From Candidatus Marinacidobacterium sp. (GTDB taxonomy: Bacteria; Acidobacteriota; Vicinamibacteria; Marinacidobacterales; Marinacidobacteraceae), in the NCBI GenBank assembly GCA_965204755.1, contig OZ242011.1, positions 352,001 through 416,000 of the forward strand: a DNA stretch of 64,000 nucleotides. The letters run 5' to 3'. The position numbers were made by a program, and so were the translations under genes. Below, one piece after another: positions 29,567-40,169 of this stretch. The notes below the pieces were generated by a model, which ran no database searches, had not been told where the DNA came from, and saw nothing but the letters and a program-made list of their open reading frames with translations. Within the stretch, counting starts at the first letter, position 1. Each line of letters opens with the position of its first letter.

Positions 29567-31051
29567 TCAACCCAAGTCCAGCAACTGCCGGGAGATTTCG
29601 GTGAAACGGTCGAGCGAACCCCAGAACACCAGTCCGAGAATGTTAGGAACCGCCAGCAGGAAAAGCAAACCGGCGTCGAGCCGCGCGAGACCGAAAGCGG
29701 GGCTCGGCGCCGCCTCCGGGTCCACGACCATGATCCGCAGCACCTTGATGTAGTAGAAGGCGGCGACGGCGCTGTTCAGCACCCCGACGACGGCGAACCA
29801 GCCGAGACCGGCGCGGATGACCGCGGCGAACACATAGTACTTGGCCAGGAAGCCCGCGAACGGCGGGATCCCCATGAGCGAGAAGAGGAAGATGCCCATG
29901 GCGATCGTGAGCATCGGCGACCGCTTCCAGAAACCGGCGTAGGAGGACAACTCGAAACTGCCGGTGACCCGGTGCGCGAGGATGACCACGAAGAACGCGC
30001 CCAGGTTCATGAACAGGTAGATCACCAGGTACGCCGCCACCGCCTGGATTCCCTGGAGGGAGAGCGCGGCCGCGCCCATGAGGATCGTCCCGGCGTGCGC
30101 GATGGAGGAGTAGGCCAGCAGGCGCTTGATGTTCGTCTGCAGCAGCGCCGCCACATTCCCCAGCGTCATGGTCGCAACCGACAGCGCGATCACCAGCGTC
30201 CGCCAGTCGGCGCCGCCTACCGGGTCGAACCCGCCCGCCCCGGAAGTCTCGGCGAGTCCGGAGTAGAAGAACCGGAGCAGCACGGCGAAACCCGCCGCCT
30301 TCGGGCCGACGGAGAGGAAAGCGGTCACCGGCGTCGGCGCGCCGGTATAGACATCCGGACACCAGAAGTGGAACGGCGCCGCGGCGATCTTGAAACCGAA
30401 TCCCGCTACCACGAGGACGAGCGTCAGCAGGAGCGCCGGGCCGGGGGTCCCCTCGGCCAGCGCCGCGCGGATGCCGTAGAGGTCGAGCGTCCCGGTCAGG
30501 CCGTAGAGCAGCGAGAGGCCGAACAGCATCGCGCCGGTCGAAACCGCGCCGAACAGGATGTACTTGAGCGAGGCCTCGTTGGACAGCCGGTCGGAACTGA
30601 GATAGCCGACCATCAGGTAGGAGGCGATGGACACCGTCTCGAGCGACAGGTAGATCATCACCAGGTTCACCGAACCGGCCATCCACATCAGCGCGGCGGT
30701 GACGGTGAGCAGGAGCGCCACCATCTCGCCCATCCGGACGCCGTCGAGTTCCTTCGACCGGAGCGTGAACAGCAGCACCAGGATCGAGGACAGCGCGAAG
30801 AGCGGCCGGAGCACGGCGAGCAGGCCGTCGTCGGCGAGCATCGAGGCGAACAGCGTCCCGTTTCCGGGTGAGCCGAACGAAGCGGCGAACGCCAGCAGGA
30901 GGCCCGCGAGGGTGACGCCGACCAGCAGCCGCCGGCCTTCCGCCGGGGGCCGGGACTGGGTGAGGAGGTCCACCAGGATGACGACCGCCAGGGCCCCCAC
31001 CAGGATGAGTTCGGGGACGAACCGGGCGAGGCTGGCGAGGGCGTCGGACAC
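29567..31051 (-). CDS. nuoN: Complex I subunit N
   Basis: SNEASLKY, FKIAAAPFHFWCPDVY.GAPTP, KRLLAYSSIAHAG, GIPPFAGFLAK. Confidence 0.95.
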   Translation of the reverse strand: MSDALASLARFVPELILVGALAVVILVDLLTQSRPPAEGRRLLVGVTLAGLLLAFAASFGSPGNGTLFASMLADDGLLAVLRPLFALSSILVLLFTLRSKELDGVRMGEMVALLLTVTAALMWMAGSVNLVMIYLSLETVSIASYLMVGYLSSDRLSNEASLKYILFGAVSTGAMLFGLSLLYGLTGTLDLYGIRAALAEGTPGPALLLTLVLVVAGFGFKIAAAPFHFWCPDVYTGAPTPVTAFLSVGPKAAGFAVLLRFFYSGLAETSGAGGFDPVGGADWRTLVIALSVATMTLGNVAALLQTNIKRLLAYSSIAHAGTILMGAAALSLQGIQAVAAYLVIYLFMNLGAFFVVILAHRVTGSFELSSYAGFWKRSPMLTIAMGIFLFSLMGIPPFAGFLAKYYVFAAVIRAGLGWFAVVGVLNSAVAAFYYIKVLRIMVVDPEAAPSPAFGLARLDAGLLFLLAVPNILGLVFWGSLDRFTEISRQLLDLG

Positions 31052-31055
31052 CGGG

Positions 31056-31361
31056 CTACCCCTTCAACTCCGAGGCCCGGTCGAGGTTCACATTCTTCGC
31101 CACCCGGTAGAGCGACATGACGATGGCCAGGGCCACCGCCGCCTCGCAGGCGGCCACCACGATCACCAGCAGGGCGAAGACCTGCCCGCCGAGCGCCCCT
31201 TCCACGAACCGCGAGAACGCCACCAGGTTGATGTTCGCCGAGTTGAAGATCAACTCGATGGACATGAGCACATTGACCGCGTTCCGCCGCGTGAGCACCC
31301 CGAAGACGCCGAGGCAGAACAGCGCCGCCGAGATGTAGAGGTAGTGCTCGAGCGGAATCAC
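31056..31361 (-). CDS. nuoK: Complex I subunit K
   Basis: RRNAV.VLMSIEL, VAACEAAVALA. Confidence 0.95.
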   Translation of the reverse strand: MIPLEHYLYISAALFCLGVFGVLTRRNAVNVLMSIELIFNSANINLVAFSRFVEGALGGQVFALLVIVVAACEAAVALAIVMSLYRVAKNVNLDRASELKG

Positions 31362-31855
31362 GACCCGGACCTCCGGCGCACCAGCATCGCCGCCCCCATC
31401 AGCGCGATCAGCAGGAGGACCGAGGCGATCTCGAACGGCAGCAGGTAGTCGCCCACCAGCAGGCGCCCGATGGACTCGCTGGTCGGCCCGGGGTCCCCGG
31501 TGTCCATCGCCCGCCAGTCCACGCCCCGGATGATGCCGACGAGGAGCGCGAACAGCAGCCCGGAGGCGACGGCGCCGGGAACGACCTGCACCGCGCCGGT
31601 GCGCAGGTTCAGGTCGAAGATCCGGTGGGTCAGCATCACCCCGAACAGGAGGAGCGTCAGGATGGCGCCCACATAGATGAGCACCTGCGCCCCGGCGAGG
31701 AAGTCCGCGCCGAGATAGACATAGAACACCGCGATCCCGAAGAACGCCGCCACGAGCGCGAACGCCGAGTGCACCAGGTTGCGGCCGAGCACGACGAGCA
31801 ACGCCGCCCCGAGCACCATCGCCGCGGTGGCGTAGAAGATGAGTTGCGAGGCCAT
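31358..31855 (-). CDS. nuoJ: Complex I subunit J
   Basis: NLVHSA, AQVLIYVGAI, YLLPFEIASVLL. Confidence 0.95.
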   Translation of the reverse strand: MASQLIFYATAAMVLGAALLVVLGRNLVHSAFALVAAFFGIAVFYVYLGADFLAGAQVLIYVGAILTLLLFGVMLTHRIFDLNLRTGAVQVVPGAVASGLLFALLVGIIRGVDWRAMDTGDPGPTSESIGRLLVGDYLLPFEIASVLLLIALMGAAMLVRRRSGS

Positions 31856-31938
31856 TCCGCTGACGGTCTCTTTCGAAGTGCCTGCCGCGCGTCAGTGGTG
31901 GAGGAGTGTCTTCGCTGGCCCGGGCGCCGGACTCCCGC

Positions 31939-32484
31939 TCAGGCCGAAGCCCCGCCGCCCGGGGCGGGGGCCGGGGGCGCCGGCGCCGGCGGCGGGGTGC
32001 GGGGCTCCTTGGCGAAGCGGTAGAGCAGGTCGCCCTTGACGCCGCCGCCGAACTCGTAGTTCGGGGTCATCTCGATGCAGTCGGTCGGACAGGGGAAGAC
32101 GCAGAGTTGGCAGTAGCAGCAGAGCGACATGTCGATGTCGAACTGCACCACGGTCTGCTTGATCGCCGTTCCGTCGGCGGCGAAGATCGGCGGCGACTCC
32201 CGCGAACGCTTCTCGTTCTCGATGTGGATGCAGTCCACCGGACAGGCCCGCTCGCACTGCTTGCAGCCGATGCAGTCCTCGATCTTCACATGGAGCCGCA
32301 TCCGGGTGCGGTCCATGAGTTCGTCCTTGGGTATGTCGAGCGGGGAGCGCCAGCGCTCGCCCGGCAGTTCGTCGGCGGTGTACTGCTGGGTCACCGCCGG
32401 CCGGAACAGGTGGCGGAAGGTGATCACCATCCCGGCGGCGACGGTGCTCACCGTCTCCCAGATGTCGAGGAAATATCTCTTCAC
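31939..32484 (-). CDS. nuoI: Complex I subunit I
   Basis: [12 protein letters not shown] and [15 protein letters not shown] start. Confidence 0.92.
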   Translation of the reverse strand: MKRYFLDIWETVSTVAAGMVITFRHLFRPAVTQQYTADELPGERWRSPLDIPKDELMDRTRMRLHVKIEDCIGCKQCERACPVDCIHIENEKRSRESPPIFAADGTAIKQTVVQFDIDMSLCCYCQLCVFPCPTDCIEMTPNYEFGGGVKGDLLYRFAKEPRTPPPAPAPPAPAPGGGASA

Positions 32485-32498
32485 GAACCGACTCCTCT

Positions 32499-33659
32499 TC
32501 AGACGGCGCTGCGGAAGCCGGAGATGACGGCCACCGCCACGAGCAGGAAGAACGAAATGGGAATCACATACTTCCAGCAGACGGTCATCAACTGGTCCAC
32601 GCGGAGCCGCGGCAGCGTCCAGCGAAGCCACATCTGCACGACGACCAGGCCGAACCCCTTGAGGAACAGGATCAGCGGGTTCGCCCCGAACGGCCCGACC
32701 CACCCGCCGAGGAACAACAGCGCCGCCAGCATGGAGACCAGCAGCATGTTCCCGTATTCGGCCAGGAAGAAGAACGCGAACCGCATCCCGGTGTACTCGG
32801 TGTGGAAACCGGCGACCAGTTCCGACTCCGCTTCCGGGATGTCGAACGGCGTCCGGTTCGTCTCGGCGAGCCCGCAGATGAAGAACAGGACGAAGGCGAT
32901 CAGGTTCAGCGGGAACAGTCGGAAGATGAGCCAGTCCCCGACGCCGAGCAGCCCGCCCTGCTGGGCGGCCACGATCTCCGGCAGGCTCAGCGTGCCGACC
33001 TGCGCCACCACGACGAGCACCAGGATCGCCGTCGGGATCTCGTAACTCACCATCTGCGCCGCGGCGCGCATCCCGCCGTAGAGCGCGTACTTGTTGTTCG
33101 AGCCCCAGCCGGCCATGAGCACCGAGAGCGCCCCGAGCGAAGTGATGGCGATGAAGTAGAGGACGCCGATGTTCAGGTTGGAGACCGCGAGCACCGTCCC
33201 GTCCTCCCGGACTCCCCAGGGGACGATGGCGAACGCGGCGAACGCGCTCGCCACCGCGAGCGCCGGCGCGGTCCGGAACAGCACCCGGTCCGCGTCCTTC
33301 GGGACGATGTCCTCCTTGAAGAGCAACTTGATCCCGTCCGCGAAACTCTGGAGCAGACCGTGCCACCCGACGCGCATCGGCCCCAGGCGGTCCTGCACAT
33401 GGGCCGCCACCTTGCGTTCGAGCCAGATCGCGTAGATCGGGTTCAGCGCCAGGACGCCGATGAAGCCGGCGGTCCCGAGCGCCACCGTGATGAGTTTCTG
33501 GAGGCCGGGCGGCGCGAAGTCCCCGATGAGTTCGCCCACGGTCGTCGCGAGCAGCGGCAACGCGGCCATGAGCGCCAGCACGCCGACCGCCAGCGCGATC
33601 GGGATCGCCGAGAGCGGCCCCATGAGCCGCATCTCGATCTGGCGGAACCGGGTGATCAC
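32499..33659 (-). CDS. nuoH: Complex I subunit H
   Basis: [44 protein letters not shown]. The GTG overlaps the nuoD stop. Confidence 0.95.
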   Translation of the reverse strand: MITRFRQIEMRLMGPLSAIPIALAVGVLALMAALPLLATTVGELIGDFAPPGLQKLITVALGTAGFIGVLALNPIYAIWLERKVAAHVQDRLGPMRVGWHGLLQSFADGIKLLFKEDIVPKDADRVLFRTAPALAVASAFAAFAIVPWGVREDGTVLAVSNLNIGVLYFIAITSLGALSVLMAGWGSNNKYALYGGMRAAAQMVSYEIPTAILVLVVVAQVGTLSLPEIVAAQQGGLLGVGDWLIFRLFPLNLIAFVLFFICGLAETNRTPFDIPEAESELVAGFHTEYTGMRFAFFFLAEYGNMLLVSMLAALLFLGGWVGPFGANPLILFLKGFGLVVVQMWLRWTLPRLRVDQLMTVCWKYVIPISFFLLVAVAVISGFRSAV

Positions 33660-34873
33660 CGGTCGATCTCCCCGAGCACGATGTCCAGACTGCCGATGAT
33701 GGCGATGACATCCGCGATCATCTCGCCGCGGGTGATTTCGTGGAACAGGCCCATGGCCACGAAGCAGGGCGACCGCCCCTTGACCCGGTAGGGAATCGGC
33801 TTCTTGGGTTCGGCGATCACATAGAAGCCGAGTTCGCCCCGGGGCGCTTCCGCCCGGAAGTACGCCTCGCCGCCGGCCGGGCGGATGAACTTGGGCACCT
33901 TCTCGTGGACATTCCCCTCGGCCGGCAACCGCTCCAATACCTGGCGCGCGATCTTCACGCTCTCGTACATCTCGCGGACCCGCACCCAGTAGCGGTCCCA
34001 GCAGGAGCCGATCGGGCCGTGCTCGCCGGAAGCGGCGATCACCTCGAAGTCGTAGTTCTCGTAACCGAGATAGGGATCGTCCCGGCGCAGGTCCCAGGAA
34101 ATCCCGGAACCGCGCAGGTTCGGCCCGGAGAGCGCGTAGTCGCGCGCCATCTCCGGCGTGATGACGCCGACATCGGCGGTTCGCCGGATGAAGATCTTGT
34201 TGCCGGTCAGCAGCCGGTCCACTTCGTCGAGCACCGGGACGAACTCGTCGAGGAACCGGCTGCAGCGGTCGGTCCAGCCCTCCGGCAGGTCGTGGGAGAC
34301 GCCCCCCACCCAGTTGTAGTTGTAGAGGAGCCGGGCGCCGCAGAGCCACTCGAACAGGTCGAGGATGCGCTCCCGCTGCTGGAAACAGAGCAGGAAGGGA
34401 GTGAAGGCGCCGATGTCCATCCCGTAGGTGCCCATCGCCAGCAGGTGGCTGGCGATCCGCTGCATCTCGCCGGTCAGCACGCGGATGGCGGCCACGCGCT
34501 CCCCCACTTCGATGCCGAGCAACTTCTCCACGGTCATGGCGTAGGTCATGCTGTTCGCCATCGAACCGACATAGTCCATGCGGTCGGTGAACGGGATGAC
34601 GCCCTGCCAATCGATGTTCTCCGCGTGCTTTTCGAAGTTGCGGTGGAGGTAGCCGATGTGGGGCCGGGCGTCGCGGATGATTTCGCCGTCGGTCTTGAGT
34701 TCCACCCGGAGGACGCCGTGCGTCGAAGGGTGCTGCGGCCCCATGTTGAGGATCATCTCGTCCTCTTCGAGATCCTCCGGGGAAAAGGCGTAAGAGTTGT
34801 CCGGCGGCAGGTCCTCGTCGTAGAGGGTGACGATCGGCGCGCCGTCGAATCCCCGGGTTCCGGTTTCGGCCAT
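33656..34873 (-). CDS. nuoD: Complex I subunit D
   Basis: [31 protein letters not shown]-terminal GEIDR. No Ni-binding CxxC. Confidence 0.96.
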   Translation of the reverse strand: MAETGTRGFDGAPIVTLYDEDLPPDNSYAFSPEDLEEDEMILNMGPQHPSTHGVLRVELKTDGEIIRDARPHIGYLHRNFEKHAENIDWQGVIPFTDRMDYVGSMANSMTYAMTVEKLLGIEVGERVAAIRVLTGEMQRIASHLLAMGTYGMDIGAFTPFLLCFQQRERILDLFEWLCGARLLYNYNWVGGVSHDLPEGWTDRCSRFLDEFVPVLDEVDRLLTGNKIFIRRTADVGVITPEMARDYALSGPNLRGSGISWDLRRDDPYLGYENYDFEVIAASGEHGPIGSCWDRYWVRVREMYESVKIARQVLERLPAEGNVHEKVPKFIRPAGGEAYFRAEAPRGELGFYVIAEPKKPIPYRVKGRSPCFVAMGLFHEITRGEMIADVIAIIGSLDIVLGEIDR

Positions 34874-34934
34874 GGTCAGTAGTGAACGGGGCCCGGTCGA
34901 AGGGTGCAGGCGAACGGCGTCCGGCGGGAATCGG

Positions 34935-35486
34935 TCAGTCGAAGGGGCCGACGCCGCTCATTTCGCCGCTCTCGGCGCGCTCGGTCATCTGCTGTCCGGG
35001 CCGGACCGGGATCTTGTGCCAGGTCTCGGGCCATTCCCAGTCCCGCAGCAGCGGATGCCCCGGCCAGTCGTTCGGCAGGAGGATGCGGCGGTGGTCGCTG
35101 TGCCCGTCGAAGCGGACGCCGAACAGGTCGAAGACCTCGCGTTCGTGCCAGTTCGCGGCCTTCCAGAACCCTTCCAGCGTGGGCAGGCGCCCGCCCTCCC
35201 GGGGGACGCGCGTCTTGAGCGCGATCCAGTGCTTCTTCGTCAGCGAGAACAGGTGGTAAACGACTTCGATCGCCGGCGGCTCGCCGCCCGGCCAATCCAC
35301 CCCGGAGACGCAGTGCAGCGTGTCGAAGTCGAGGTCGGGCTCGCCCTTGAGGAACGCCGCCGCCGCCGACAGGCGTTCCGCCGGGATCCGGATCCAGGGA
35401 TCCAAGGCCTCCGCGTCGGATTCGAAGGCGCCTTCTCCGAGTCCCAGCCCGGCGGCGAGCCGGTCGATGACTTCGGCGCCGGTCAA
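34935..35486 (-). CDS. nuoC: Complex I subunit C
   Basis: [33 protein letters not shown]. The TTG overlaps the nuoB stop. Confidence 0.92.
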   Translation of the reverse strand: MTGAEVIDRLAAGLGLGEGAFESDAEALDPWIRIPAERLSAAAAFLKGEPDLDFDTLHCVSGVDWPGGEPPAIEVVYHLFSLTKKHWIALKTRVPREGGRLPTLEGFWKAANWHEREVFDLFGVRFDGHSDHRRILLPNDWPGHPLLRDWEWPETWHKIPVRPGQQMTERAESGEMSGVGPFD

Positions 35487-36046
35487 CCGACCGCTCCTCC
35501 GGCGAGGGCCGGCGCCGCCGCGGCGGCGGGGGCGGTCCGGCCCGGACGCACCCGGCCCGGACGCGGATCCTCGAGCAGCGACTTCTCCCGGATGAGGTCC
35601 TGGAGGACCATGATCCCGTAGAGCAGCGCCTCCGGCCGAGGCGGGCAGCCCGGGACATACACATCCACCGGGATGATCTGGTCCACGCCCTTCACCACAT
35701 GGTATCCGTGCTGCCAGTAGGGCCCGCCGTTGTTGGCGCAACTCCCCATCGAGATCACATACTTGGGCTCCGGCATCTGGTCGAAGAGCCGCTTGATGCG
35801 GATCGCCATCTTGTGGGTGACGGTGCCGGCCACGATCATCAGGTCGGACTGGCGCGGGCTCGCGCGCGGGATCAACCCCAGGCGGTCCCAGTCGAAGCGG
35901 CTCGCCCCGGTGGCCATCATCTCGATGGCGCAGCAGGCGAGCCCGAAGGTCATCGGCCAGAGCGCGGAGAGCCGCGCCCAGTTGATGACGCTGCTGACCG
36001 TGGTCAGCGCGACCTGGTTGCGTCCGAGCGCGGGGATCAGGTCCAA
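35483..36046 (-). CDS. nuoB: Complex I subunit B
   Basis: [29 protein letters not shown]. Confidence 0.96.
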   Translation of the reverse strand: MDLIPALGRNQVALTTVSSVINWARLSALWPMTFGLACCAIEMMATGASRFDWDRLGLIPRASPRQSDLMIVAGTVTHKMAIRIKRLFDQMPEPKYVISMGSCANNGGPYWQHGYHVVKGVDQIIPVDVYVPGCPPRPEALLYGIMVLQDLIREKSLLEDPRPGRVRPGRTAPAAAAAPALAGGAVG

Positions 36047-36095
36047 AGCGCCGACTCCGCCCGCTTCCCGCTCTCGGCCGCTCGCCCGGTCGCGG

Positions 36096-36605
36096 TCAGC
36101 CGGCCGCTCCGGGAACCGGGGACTGCGCCGCCGGCGCCTCGGCCGTCGCGACAGGCGCGGCCGGCGCGACAGGCGCGGCCGGCGCGACAGCGGGCGCGGC
36201 CGGCGCGGCGGAGGCCCGCGTCTCCTTCAACCGGCGCCGCTCCTCGCCCCGGACCCACTCCAGGTCGCCCTTCACCCAGACATCGGCCAAGCCGAGCACC
36301 AGCATCCCCAGGAACAGCAGCCCGGCGACGAGAGCGCCGAGCCCCAGATCGAGGTAGGCCAGCGCCCAGGGGAGGAGCATGACCGCCTCCACATCGAAGA
36401 TCAGGAAGACCAGGGCGAACACATAGAAGCGGATGTTGAACCGGACGCCCCACGGGTTGCCCACCGGGTTCTCGCCGCATTCGTAGGGGCGCGACTTGGC
36501 GGCCAGCGGCAGCGACGGGCGGACCAGCGAGGAGACGAGCAGGGTCACGCTCACGAACAGGACGCCGGCCCCGATCGCGAACAGCGGCCCCAAGTACTCG
36601 CCCAT
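36096..36605 (-). CDS. nuoA: Complex I subunit A
   Basis: [28 protein letters not shown]. Ala/Pro tail from 18-bp duplications. Confidence 0.95.
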   Translation of the reverse strand: MGEYLGPLFAIGAGVLFVSVTLLVSSLVRPSLPLAAKSRPYECGENPVGNPWGVRFNIRFYVFALVFLIFDVEAVMLLPWALAYLDLGLGALVAGLLFLGMLVLGLADVWVKGDLEWVRGEERRRLKETRASAAPAAPAVAPAAPVAPAAPVATAEAPAAQSPVPGAAG

Positions 36606-36757
36606 GGTGAAAGTCTCGTTGCGCCCCGCCGGAGACGGCGTCGGAAACGCCCTCGGAGCGGGCAGAATTCTACCCGCCGAGCCGTCGGCGGGTAAAGACC
36701 CGGCCGCCCTTCCCGGGATCGGCCCGACGCCGAGCAGAGCACCCCCGAGACCCGGAA

Positions 36758-37504
36758 TTGGAACGCCCGCCGCACCGGTCGAAGGCCGACCCGGGCCTCT
36801 CCGTGGTGATTCCGACCCTGGACGCCGAGGCCACGGTCGCCGAAGCCATCGGTTCGGCCCCGGCCGGGGCCGAGGTGGTCGTCGTGGACGGCGGGAGCGC
36901 CGACGCCACGGTCGAGACCGCGGCCCGGGCGCTGGAGGCCTCCTCCCCCGGGCCCCCGCAGGTGCTGGTCACCGCCCCCGGACGGGCGGCGCAGTTGAAC
37001 CGGGGCGCGGCCGCCGCGCGCGGGCGGACCCTCCTGTTCCTCCACGCCGACTGCGTCCTGCCGCCGCGCGCCGGGGCGGAGATCCGCCGGATCCTGAAGG
37101 CGTCGGAAGTCGTCGGCGGCTGGTTCCCGCAGGCGCCCCCGGAGGACACGCCGCTCTTCCGGGTGGCGGCGGCCGGGGCGAACCGGAGGGCGGCGGCCCT
37201 CTCCCTGCCCTACGGCGACCAGGCGATGTTCGTCCGCCGGACCGCGTTCGAGCGCGTGGGCGGGTTCCCGACGGCGCCGATCATGGAGGACGCCGGGCTC
37301 GCCCGGAGGCTCCGCCCGCTCGGCCGCCTCCGTCCGGCTTCGTCCCGCGTGCGGATCGGCGGCGGGCACTGGCGGCGGCTGGGCGTGCCGCTCACCGCGG
37401 CGCTCGACCTGGCCACCCTGGCGGCCTGGCTCCTCGGCGCCCCCCCGGAGCGGATCGCCCCGATCTACGGTCGGCTGCACGGCGGCCGCCGGCGCCGGGG
37501 TTAG
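36758..37504 (+). CDS. GT2 glycosyltransferase (TIGR04283-like)
   Basis: SVVIPTL, VVDGGS.D.T, GRAAQLNRGA, FLHAD, PYGDQ, PIMED. Confidence 0.85.
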   Translation: MERPPHRSKADPGLSVVIPTLDAEATVAEAIGSAPAGAEVVVVDGGSADATVETAARALEASSPGPPQVLVTAPGRAAQLNRGAAAARGRTLLFLHADCVLPPRAGAEIRRILKASEVVGGWFPQAPPEDTPLFRVAAAGANRRAAALSLPYGDQAMFVRRTAFERVGGFPTAPIMEDAGLARRLRPLGRLRPASSRVRIGGGHWRRLGVPLTAALDLATLAAWLLGAPPERIAPIYGRLHGGRRRRG

Positions 37505-37725
37505 CAGCCCGTGGAAAAAGCGCCCCGCCGTCCACTCCTCGACGCGAGGGCGCCGAGTCCCCGTTCGGTTTCGCGGCGGGGCGCTCTTCCCACGAGCCGG
37601 CGGCGCGAATCGCTGCGCGATTCCCCCCGCCATCTATCGCGGGGAGGGGGCCACCCCCTCCCCGCACCCCTCCCCGGTCGGCGCTTCGCGCCGACGAGGG
37701 CTTCCCGGACTTTCTCCACGGGCTG
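37505..37725. mobile_element. Non-autonomous MITE-like element, copy 2 (inverted)
   Basis: TIRs CAGCCCGTGGAAAAAG ... CTTTCTCCACGGGCTG, flanked by TTAG and TCAG. Confidence 0.88.
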
Positions 37726-37761
37726 TCAGGCCGCCGGCGGCGGCCGCGTCCCCGCGGGGGG

Positions 37762-40041
37762 TCAGCCCTGAAGGGGCAGGAGGGGCCTGGGCCCGCCGAC
37801 CTGCTGGGACTCGACGACGGCGATCGCGGCCACATTCACGATCTCCTCCACTTCGGCGCCGCGCTGCAGGACATGCACCGGCCGGCGGAGCCCGGTGACG
37901 ATCGGCCCGATGGCCTGCGCGCCGCCCAGCCGCTGCAACAACTTGTAGGCCACATTGCCGGCTTCGAGGCTGGGGAAGACCAGCACATTCGCCGAGCCGC
38001 CGAGCCGGGAGAACGGGAAGTTCCGGGTGAGCAGGTCGCCCACCACCGCGGTGTCCGCCTGCATCTCCCCGTCCACCACCAGCGACGGCGCCCGCTCGCG
38101 GACGATTTCCACCGCCCGCCGGACCTTCCGGGAGCGCTCGTGGGGGGCGCTCCCGAAGTTGGAGAAGGAGAGCATCGCCACCCGGGGCTCCACATCGAAC
38201 CGCCGGGCCACCCCCGCCGCCTGGATCGCGATGTCCGCGAGATCCTCCGGCCCGGGATCGATGTTCACGGTGGCGTCGGCGAAGAACTTGATGTCCGAGT
38301 CGAACACCATCAGGTACACGCCGGCCACCCGGCGGACGCCGCCCCGCATCCGGACGATCTGGAGCGCCGGGCGGATCGTGTCCGGGTAGTTGCGGGTGAG
38401 GCCCGACACCATGGTGTCGGCGTCGCCGATATTCACCATCATCGCCCCGAACACATTGGGGTCCTTGAGCAGTTCGCGCGCTTTCCCCGGCCCCACGCCC
38501 CGCCGCTGGCGCAGTTCGGAGAGCGCCCGGGCATAGGACTCGGCGCGGTCGGACTCCGCCGGATCCACCACTACCGCCCCGGAGATCTCCACCCCCAGCG
38601 ACTCGCACTGTTCCCGGATGACTTCCGGACGGCCGAGCAGCACCGGGGAGGCGATCTTCTCGTCGAGCAGGCGCTGCGAAGCGCGCAGGATCCGCGGCTC
38701 CTCCCCCTCCGGGAAGACCACGGAGCGCGAGGCCTGCCGGGCGCGCCCGATCACCTGCCGCATGACCCCCCGGCCGAGGCCGAGCCGGGCTTCGAGCCGG
38801 TCGCGGTAGGTGTCGAGGTCGAGCGCGAGCCGGGCGACGCCGCTCTCCATCGCGGCGCGGGCGACCGCCGGCGCTTCCCACAGGAGGACCCGGGAGTCGA
38901 ACGGGGACGGGATCAGGTACTCCGGGCCGAACCGCATCCGCTCCCGCCCGTGCGCCCGCATCACCGAGTCCGGCACATCCTCCTCGGCGAGCGCCGCCAG
39001 CGCCCGGGCCGCCGCGAGTTTCATCCCCATGTCGATCGTGCGGGCGCGCACATCGAGCGCTCCCCGGAAGATGAAGGGGAAGCCCAGGACATTGTTGACC
39101 TGGTTCGGGTAGTCGGAACGCCCGGTCGCCATGAACACATCGCCGCGGGCGTCCATGGCGTCCTCCCAGGAGATCTCCGGGTCCGGGTTCGCCATCGCCA
39201 GCACCAGCGGCCGGTCGTTCATGGAGCGCACCATGTCCTTCGACACGGCGTCCTTGACCGAGAGGCCCATGAAGACATCGGCGCCGCGCAGGGCGTCCCC
39301 GAGGGTCCGCATCGGCGTGTCCAGCGCGTAGCGCTCCTTGAACTCGTTCATCCCCCGGTCCCGGCCGGCGTGGATGACGCCTCGGGAGTCGCACATCACG
39401 ATGTGCTCGCGCCGGACGCCCAGACTCTCCGCCAACTCGGCGCAGGCGATGCCGGCGGCCCCGGCGCCGTTGATGACCAGCCGCGTTTCCGCCGGGTCCT
39501 TGTCCGTCAACTGCAGCCAGTTCAGGACGGCCGCCCCGGAGATGATCGCGGTGCCGTGCTGGTCGTCGTGGAAGACCGGGATCTCCATCTCTTCCCGCAG
39601 TTTCGACTCGATGTGGAAGCAGTCCGGCGCCTTGATGTCCTCGAGGTTGATCCCGCCGAAGGTCGGCTCCAGCGCCTTCACCACCCGCACCACTTCTTCG
39701 GGGTCGGTGACGCCCAACTCGATGTCGAACACATCGATGTCGGCGAACCGCTTGAACAGCACGCCCTTCCCTTCCATGACCGGCTTGGCGGCCAGCGGGC
39801 CGATGTTCCCGAGCCCGAGGACGGCGGTCCCGTTCGAGACGACCGCCACCAGGTTGCCCTTGGCGGTGTAGTCGAACACCGCGTCGGCGCGCTCTTCGAT
39901 CTCCCGGCAGGGCTCGGCGACGCCGGGGCTGTACGCGAGCGACAGGTCGCGCTGCGTCTGGGTGGGCTTGGTGGGCCGGACCTCGAGTTTCCCGGGCCGG
40001 CCGGTCTTGTGGTAGTCCAGCGCGTCCTGTCGTCGTATCAA
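37762..40041 (-). CDS. maeB: NADP-dependent malic enzyme with phosphotransacetylase-like domain
   Basis: [52 protein letters not shown]. Confidence 0.96.
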   Translation of the reverse strand: MIRRQDALDYHKTGRPGKLEVRPTKPTQTQRDLSLAYSPGVAEPCREIEERADAVFDYTAKGNLVAVVSNGTAVLGLGNIGPLAAKPVMEGKGVLFKRFADIDVFDIELGVTDPEEVVRVVKALEPTFGGINLEDIKAPDCFHIESKLREEMEIPVFHDDQHGTAIISGAAVLNWLQLTDKDPAETRLVINGAGAAGIACAELAESLGVRREHIVMCDSRGVIHAGRDRGMNEFKERYALDTPMRTLGDALRGADVFMGLSVKDAVSKDMVRSMNDRPLVLAMANPDPEISWEDAMDARGDVFMATGRSDYPNQVNNVLGFPFIFRGALDVRARTIDMGMKLAAARALAALAEEDVPDSVMRAHGRERMRFGPEYLIPSPFDSRVLLWEAPAVARAAMESGVARLALDLDTYRDRLEARLGLGRGVMRQVIGRARQASRSVVFPEGEEPRILRASQRLLDEKIASPVLLGRPEVIREQCESLGVEISGAVVVDPAESDRAESYARALSELRQRRGVGPGKARELLKDPNVFGAMMVNIGDADTMVSGLTRNYPDTIRPALQIVRMRGGVRRVAGVYLMVFDSDIKFFADATVNIDPGPEDLADIAIQAAGVARRFDVEPRVAMLSFSNFGSAPHERSRKVRRAVEIVRERAPSLVVDGEMQADTAVVGDLLTRNFPFSRLGGSANVLVFPSLEAGNVAYKLLQRLGGAQAIGPIVTGLRRPVHVLQRGAEVEEIVNVAAIAVVESQQVGGPRPLLPLQG

Positions 40042-40169
40042 GTGGGCGCCCCTCCGTAACAAAGGCTCACCGGCGGCCCCGGCATCCGGGACCGCCGCGC
40101 CGCCGCCGGGCGGCGAAACGGCGCGGAGTCTAGAACGGTCGCCGCCGCCCGCCGCCGCGCCGGCGGTTC

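Noticed and set aside
33656-36046. Group 4 [NiFe]-hydrogenase
   Set aside because: The large subunit lacks both CxxC Ni-binding motifs and has NuoD quinone-site motifs.
36758-37504. Arsenosugar or selenosugar biosynthesis cluster
   Set aside because: The glycosyltransferase is alone, with no radical SAM or other partner gene adjacent.
37501-37771. Short ORFs that also recur near 19500-19750
   Set aside because: They are translations of the two MITE copies and show no transposase motifs.
36496-40059. 1187-aa plus-strand ORF
   Set aside because: It is a shadow of maeB that also reads through the MITE.
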